From Mytilus edulis (lineage: Eukaryota), in the NCBI RefSeq assembly GCF_963676685.1, contig NC_092347.1, forward strand, positions 11,532,001 through 11,596,000: 64,000 nt of DNA, given 5' to 3'. Position numbers and translations under genes: made by a program. The notes below the pieces were generated by a model that saw nothing but the letters and a program-made list of their open reading frames with translations, was not told the origin of the DNA and made no database searches. Shown here in pieces: positions 60,401 to 64,000 of this stretch (its first letter is position 1; every line of letters begins with the position of its first letter).

Positions 60401-62880
60401 AATCATAAAGTACAACTCTGTAACATTCAATCAATCAATCAGCTTATGTAATTGTTAGCAATATTTTGTTTCCTATTTTGTACACACAACAAATTTAACT
60501 TAAAACAACTTGTGTTATGCCCGTTGTTTTTAACGTGTGATTGTAAAAACAAAGTTTTGTAGACTCAGCTGTAAAAAAACTTCTATTTTAAAATAAACTG
60601 CCCATAGTAAGCATGTAACGTACAATGAAATGCAATTTATATGCCAACGGTAATAAATCAGATACAATTGAATTGCAAAGAAGTGTATATAACGAATCAT
60701 TTCAGCGAATAGTACAACACCATGTACCACTATACAGAGCGAATGGGAGAGTAACCCAGACATAGAACGGTGTAATCGGTATGACTGGGTACTCATTGTG
60801 ATTGCTGCCTTTTATATGTTGATTTCGAACCTTCTTCTCGTCAACCTTGTGATTGCTCTATTTAGGTTTGTAGTTTAATTATTTGAAATAGAGGGGCACA
60901 ATATACCAAAGGGATATTCAAACTCGTAATTTGAAAACAAACTTATGCAATGCCAAAAAAACTTATAGTATACAAAACACAACAAAGAAAATAGAAAACT
61001 GAGCAACACGAATCAAGCCTAAACTGCTGGTGATGTCAACCAACTAAAACAAGGAATCTTTTAAACAACCAAGAGTTTTGAGTGGTGAAGTTGAAGTCCC
61101 TCATAAGTTTTACAGACGCCATCACGAGTTGGTTGACCGTTATGCAATATTAGTTTCACAGATGATAACGACTATGTTCTTATTTCTTGAGGAACGGGAA
61201 TACACACTACAGTTTACTTGAGTGTCCTGACGTCAATATGAAGGTCATACAAATCCAGTGTTTTGAAATTGTAATGACCTTGAAATAATTGAACCAATGT
61301 TTGTATACAGCCTTTACTAAACCCTCTGTGCATTATCTCTGTTTACATTAATTACAAATACGTAGTAAATAACTAACTTTTAGGTTGACTTACGACCCTT
61401 ATCAAATATTTTATTCTCTTTAAGTTGGTGTATGCCAATATTCTACTTTATGCGTCCAAGATGTTCTTGTTGAAAACAATCGATTTTTTCGTTATTTTTA
61501 TTAACCATTAATGCAAAAATCAACATACCAGAAGAAAGGTGTTCTAGATTCATCGTCGAGTTAGGCACTAAATTGAATTGATGTATACAACAGCTAAGTT
61601 TTAATCAATATCATTTTTGCGTAAATCAAGTGTTAAGTTAGATAGTCCGAAAAAATGAACAATACATATATCTTTTTCATATTATCGTGGAGCGAAAGGA
61701 AGTCAAAATGAGTGTGTTTAATACAGTTTTACAACACTTTCATTGATGTATGACCAGTGCCGATATGCGACGATTACGACGTTTTAAAGATAGGATGTAT
61801 GCATAGTATATAAAATGCATTGTTTACAAACACCGTTTCATTGGTATGAGCAAAATTGGTAGAACGGAAAACAGCAATGATAATTATCAAAATACAAATA
61901 CAAATATTGGAGGTATATCATTTAACTTATTTCAGCTTTCGGTTTAGACGAGTCCAAGAAAACTCAGGGAAATTATGGCGATACCTGAGATATGAAGTGA
62001 TAATGGACTATCGTACCATAATACCTGCACCATTGAACTTAATAATCAGACCTATTTTGTCATGCATGTCAATTTATCGTAAATTGAGGAGATGCAGGCA
62101 TGGGAATGATGTTCATAATCAGAAAACCGATCGTGAGTTTATATATGCATTTGGCTTGTTCCAAAAAATGATCTACTGTATATACAAAAATCTATAATAT
62201 TCCTTAATGCTATATATCTGATGAATACACGTGCAGTGGACACCTCAACACCATAAATATCAAAGAAACTAGTGACAGTATCATACAGGCGTACAGGTTC
62301 TGCATAGCATTTGGTTGATATAATGAAAGTATTATTGCAACTTCAAACAAGTTTATACGGATTACTCAAATCGGTGTTAATATGTTTCAACTTTGTTCAC
62401 AGAAGAAAATCATTTCAAGTACAAGTTTTTCAAGCGAATTTCTGTTCGTTCTTTTATAAAAAAGAAGATGTGGTATGATTGCCAATGAGACAACTATCCA
62501 CAAAAGACAAAAATGACACAGAAATTAACAACTATAGGTCACCGTACGGCGTCTAACAATGAGCAAAGCCCATACCGCATAGTCAGCTATGCACGGTCTC
62601 ATACACAAGTCAATTGAAAAAGGGATGCTGTCGATTTCCGTGTCTTACTTTTTATAAATGAAAGAACAGAAATGTTTTATTCACATATGTATTAATGGTT
62701 GCATTGTTTTAGCTATCTCGTCACATATAATATAATTGAAGTTTTTAACCTTTAATTTTCAATATTTTTCCTGTTTCAGAAGAAAAGAAAAGAAAAGATG
62801 AAAGTTTAAGAAAAAATAAAAGGAATAAAATAAAAACTCTTCAGTCAGTACATGCAGTTAACTGCGTATTAGAAATATGA
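30414..62880 (+). CDS. Divergent TRPM-like cation channel, ~20 exons, ~1113 aa, no C-terminal Nudix or kinase domain
   Basis: Phase-compatible GT-AG exons: 30414-30633, 31746-31891, 32731-32848, 33419-33569, 33887-34031, 37671-37830, 38024-38283, 38882-38998, 40179-40238, 43135-43435, 47885-48001, 48515-48614, 49378-49609, 50249-50359, 51414-51560, 55343-55645, 59185-59380, 60706-60865, 61936-62132, 62780-62880. Motifs: PKLVLSIIGD and PVLLLKGSGKAAD (SLOG/MHR), LLLWAILENR, NFWNILDV, LGPKIIMIKEM, PYWQIYG, NLLLVNLVIALF, TRP box WRYLR, PAPLN. An extra exon near 31988 is unresolved. Confidence 0.88.
34160..35140 (-). mobile_element. Dispersed retroelement-like repeat carrying a degenerate twister-like motif and internal ~110-bp tandem repeats
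   Basis: Shares sequence with 54215-54440 and, in reverse complement, 33720-33800; repeated TTTTGTCGTTCAAAGTATGACGGGATACAT units at 34670-34960. Confidence 0.6.
34275..34374 (-). ncRNA. Twister-P5-like motif, degenerate (conserved A after the scissile A mutated)
   Basis: Minus strand ACTGTCATA-CAAGTGA-GA-GGT...TTCATTCCAAC...CCTG-TACCAAGT-CAGG-AA-TATGACAGT; 9-bp P5 stem. Confidence 0.55.
35280..35985 (-). mobile_element. Dispersed retroelement-like repeat with twister-like motif, directly 3' of a Penelope-like RT fragment
   Basis: Tail AAAAAAGAAGATGTGGTATGATTGCCAATGAGACAAC recurs at 50500-50600, 62455-62590 and 6625-6930. Confidence 0.65.
35539..35624 (-). ncRNA. Twister-P5-like motif with one L4 substitution
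   Basis: Minus strand CAGGTT-AGGG-GA-GGG-TTGGGATCCCGCTAACATGTT-TAA-CCCT-GC-CACAT..ATGTG-CCTG-TCCCAATT-CAGG-AGCCTG. Confidence 0.65.
35995..36624 (-). pseudogene. Penelope-like retroelement reverse transcriptase fragment (degraded)
   Basis: YRQVVCIPMGTNGVPLIADLFLYC*E ... TKIYDKRDDFSFPIINFPF*DGDVPLAPSYDVYILQLVRYARVC, the PLE-type RT palm and thumb, with stops and frameshifts. Confidence 0.8.
37030..37378 (+). mobile_element. Diverged copy of the tRNA-like-promoter, terminally redundant repeat (family of 43810-45432)
   Basis: A/B-box-like head (..GAGTTGGTTAGCGC..TTCGAATCC), shared core TAGAGTTGTCACTG..CTGTGACTG..CATTAATTTGTA, and two copies of the ATCTAA..TTAGACG..TTATATA repeat. Confidence 0.55.
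37405..37448 (+). ncRNA. Minimal type I hammerhead ribozyme (Penelope-type)
   Basis: TTGACA-CTGACGA-A-GG..CC-GAAA-TATT-TGTCAA: 6-bp stem I, CUGANGA/GAAA core, palindromic AATATT in place of stem III. Confidence 0.65.
41030..41865 (-). pseudogene. Penelope-like retroelement reverse transcriptase fragment (degraded)
   Basis: YWIPKLH.CPYKERYIA..KCSTK, FDFSTLYTSIPH, MLDFLIDNI..QQTVGISMGTNCAPLIADLFLYYYE, FRYTDNV (normally YIDD); frameshifted. Confidence 0.85.
42546..42766 (-). mobile_element. Short retroposed repeat (PLE tail / SINE-like) inserted into a palindromic element
   Basis: Family also at 40665-40810, 60893-61020, 63560-63640 and ~30160-30230. GTA flanks both ends; the flanking DNA (42480-42545, 42770-42860) forms one inverted-repeat element. 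Confidence 0.7.
43555..43698. repeat. Near-perfect palindrome (~64-bp stem, 13-nt loop) adjoining (TA)n
   Basis: ATATGAGTCTGAAAGATTGTGTAACAATACCGATAAATAGATGG... is mirrored by ...CCATCTATTTATCGGTATTGTTACACATTCTTTCAGACTCATAT. Confidence 0.9.
43810..44290 (-). mobile_element. ~420-bp-period terminally redundant repeat with tRNA-like A/B boxes (copy A)
   Basis: ~55-bp direct repeat at 43810-43865 and 44233-44290; reverse complement of 44942-45432. Confidence 0.8.
44305..44928 (-). mobile_element. Hammerhead-bearing terminally redundant unit (retrozyme-like, ~550-bp period)
   Basis: ~75-bp direct repeat ACGAGTCT.AATTGAAAACTACGTTC...TACGTGTGCAT at 44305-44379 and 44855-44928; internal hammerhead; TA-rich flanks. 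Confidence 0.75.
44665..44708 (-). ncRNA. Type I hammerhead ribozyme with one stem II mismatch
   Basis: ACACCA-CTGAAGA-AACATTTATTGTC-GAAA-T-CCGG-ATC|TGGTGT. Confidence 0.75.
44942..45432 (+). mobile_element. tRNA-like-promoter terminally redundant repeat (copy B, inverted relative to copy A)
   Basis: Direct repeats at 44942-45002 and ~45388-45433; tRNA-Leu-like segment 45278-45363 (GGTGGTCGTGCGGTCTAG ... GGGTTCAAATCCC). Confidence 0.8.
45440..45830. mobile_element. Palindrome-headed non-autonomous element between (TA)n tracts
   Basis: Hairpin 45440-45560 (GATATTTATCCAC..GACAGTTAAA / TTTAACTGTC..GTGGATAAATATC) followed by GACGTCA motifs; same layout as 54875-55280. Confidence 0.55.
46014..46057 (-). 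ncRNA. Degenerate minimal type I hammerhead
   Basis: CACACTC-CTGATGA-A-GCT..AGC-GAAA-TATT-GCGTAT; core intact, stem I mismatched. Confidence 0.45.
47270..47460 (+). mobile_element. Hammerhead-bearing retrozyme-like repeat; hammerhead at 47412-47455 is mutated
   Basis: Reverse complement of 57200-57395; GCATCA-CTGATGA-TCCTTATGTAGAC-GAAA-CGCGCATC-TGGCGT has stem II and stem III mismatches. Confidence 0.75.
48090..48135 (-). ncRNA. Type I hammerhead ribozyme, intact
   Basis: GCATCA-CTGAAGA-GACA-TGTAT-TGTC-GAAA-T-GCGC-ATC|TGGTGC; predicted cut between 48096 and 48095. Confidence 0.88.
51661..53330 (-). mobile_element. Academ-like DNA transposon remnant with degraded transposase C-terminus and ~170-bp subterminal repeats
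   Basis: Minus strand 52906-52563 reads VNEARKQLFAQKGR..IPST...QHVKRAIY*..LPSP..GW..CQNLVHCGNKKGCHGRY*CGKSSLPCSALCACGG (Cys8 finger). TAG-starting end at 51661; ACTTCCGGTAA..CAAAATGGCGGAC repeats at ~51790, 51958, 52134, 52315. Right boundary uncertain. Confidence 0.6.
52468..52513 (-). ncRNA. Type I hammerhead ribozyme, intact
   Basis: GCGTCA-CTGATGA-GTC-TTATGTA-GAC-GAAA-C-GCGC-GTC|TGGTGT; predicted cut between 52474 and 52473. Confidence 0.9.
54322..54419 (-). ncRNA. Twister-P5-like motif with one T1 mismatch
   Basis: ACTGTCATA-AAAGTGA-GA-GGC-TTAGCGCTATAAAAACAGGTT-CAA-TCC-AC-TATTTTC..GAAAATG-TCTG-TACCAAGT-CAGA-AA-TATGACAGT; P4 is TCTG/CAGA, a compensatory change from CCTG/CAGG. Confidence 0.6.
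54875..55280. mobile_element. Foldback element with ~75-bp-arm palindrome
   Basis: CGATTATCAGGTTATCTGCAT..CAGCTGC..(GAGTGAGCGTAGCGAACGAG centre)..GCAGCTG..ATGCAGATAATCTGATAATCG at 54878-55039, then TGACGTC motifs. Confidence 0.7.
55695..55955 (+). mobile_element. HINE/Helentron-type short element with (CCGT)n microsatellite
   Basis: T-run, TATACCCC, (CCGT/TCGT)n, and a 3' GTGTACTTGGGACAC stem followed by a T-run; degenerate relative at ~49790-50070. Confidence 0.65.
56368..56461 (+). ncRNA. Twister-P5-like motif with a P2 mismatch
   Basis: GCCAT-TTAAGTGC-GA-GGT-TTGGCATGCCACAAAACCAGGTT-CAA-CCC-AC-CATTTTT..AAAAATG-T-CCTG-TACCAAGT-CAGG-AAT-ATGGC; lies within a dispersed repeat at ~56300-56800. 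Confidence 0.65.
57183..57397 (-). mobile_element. Hammerhead-bearing retrozyme-like repeat; hammerhead at 57211-57253 has a mutated GAAA
   Basis: GCGTCA-CTGATGA-GTCTTTTGTAGC-TAAA-CGCGCGTC-TGGCAT; body homologous to 47270-47460. Confidence 0.75.
57807..59032. mobile_element. ~1.2-kb non-autonomous TIR transposon (PIF/Harbinger-like)
   Basis: TIRs CAGTCCCACTAGACCACGATCGCACTA (57812) and TAGTGCGATCGTGGACTAGTGAGACTG (59001-59027); TAA/TTA flanks; many internal CACGAT(C) subrepeats; no transposase. Confidence 0.75.
59627..60055 (-). mobile_element. Dispersed retroelement-like repeat containing the best-preserved twister-like motif
   Basis: First ~110 bp near-identical to 54448-54558 (AATTGAGAATGGAAATGGGGAATGTG...). 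Confidence 0.7.
59871..59962 (-). ncRNA. Twister-P5-like ribozyme motif, core essentially intact
   Basis: GGCTAGAGGT-ATA-GGGG-GA-GGG-TTGAGATCTCATAAATATGTT-T|AA-CCCA-GC-CGCA-TTTT-TGCG-CCTG-TCCCAAGT-CAGG-A-GCCTCTGGAC matches the twister core UAA..GCC..GCCGGUCCCAAGCCCGG..GAGGG in P5 permutation. Confidence 0.72.
61062..61180 (+). pseudogene. Short Penelope-like RT C-terminal fragment
   Basis: NQEF..VKLKS..KFYRRHHELVDRYAILVSQMI; corresponds to the region around LLNQGY..FTKF in the 35995-36624 fragment. Confidence 0.6.
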
Positions 62881-64000
62881 ATAACATTTAGCATAAATGA
62901 ACAGTAAAAGGATATTTTTTAAGAAAACTTTATTAAAGAAAGAGTTGAATACATTTTTAAATTTTTTTTTGGCTAAAAATAATTGATGATATAGGTTCCT
63001 ATTCCTTTACAATCTTTTATGCTCTCTCAAACAAAGAGGAAAACAAGCAAAGATAGAATATATGAACACTTACCATAACTCCTATTCATTTCTAGGAATA
63101 TGGGTTAAACACGGTCGTGGACGCCATCTACATTAAATATTTGGTTAGTTGGCGTGTTTTGGTTTGTAGTTCAGTTGTGTGGTTCCGTGGTTTTTCTCTT
63201 TGGATGCTGTTTTTCCGTCGGTTTCAGTTAGGTACCCTGAATTAGTTTTGCTTAATCGAACTATGAGCATTATATATTTGTACACTACTTTTGCCTTTAT
63301 TTAGTACTAGTATAATATCCTTTAATTAACAAAGCGTTGAAGAAATAATTGAAACTTTTTGCCCGGTCAACATATGGAAGAATTAATGTTCATCGACAGT
63401 TGTTATTGTTGGCATGTTTTTGTATAAACCAATTGAAGACTTGGTCATTTTCATAGGTCAGTAGTCTAAATGCCACATCTTAAGATGTGCGATATATATA
63501 CATTTGGTCAGTAAATTACATAATATATCGTATCAAGTAACTATCACACTGTGTAACTAATATGTGAAGCAGGATCTGCTTACCCTTCCGACGCACATGT
63601 TATCTAACCCGTATTTTGGTCGGGTTCGAGTAGCTTTTTTAGTTATTTGTTTTACACAGTTTAATTAAGAAGAAAGCCGGCATTCTTAGACAATACAACT
63701 AAGTACATTATTACACAATTACTTACACAATTCTATGTTGGTGTGTTTGTAGTTGTCGTGAAATACATCAAATGACACCATTGCAGACTGAATCCTGATT
63801 TATTTTCATTTTTGTTTTTAAATTTGCCTGTGACGTCGCTTTTTATGGCGTTGATACATTCGCGTGAGGAACAGTTTTCAATTTTATTAGGATGTTTTGT
63901 TTTGTTATCTCGTAAATAAATTTTAGGTAATTGTTTTTATTCTGCGGTTTACATGTCGAAATGTTTATTATATTATTTCTTTATGCATTTTTCCTGAGTA

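Overview
AT-rich, intron-containing eukaryotic DNA; the gene and repeat content point to a bivalve mollusc, probably Mytilus (inference). Five genes: a single-exon RING-less B-box/coiled-coil/NHL-like TRIM gene (+), FEM1B (-), a 7-exon CLN6 (+) divergent from FEM1B (the pair is also head-to-head in human 15q23), a 3-exon secreted IgGFc-binding-domain gene (-), and a ~20-exon divergent TRPM-like channel (+, ~30.4-62.9 kb). The TRPM introns hold many mobile elements: Penelope-like RT fragments, Helentron-type non-autonomous elements, an Academ-like remnant, a PIF/Harbinger-like element and foldback palindromes. The main non-coding signal is a set of self-cleaving-ribozyme motifs inside dispersed repeats: six type I hammerheads plus a fragment, and five twister-P5-like motifs with compensatory base changes and an unusual double palindrome in place of P1. 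Most are antisense to the host gene. A (TA)n insertion hotspot at 43.5-46.1 kb holds terminally redundant, retrozyme-like units. All RNA structures were folded by eye; no activity was tested.
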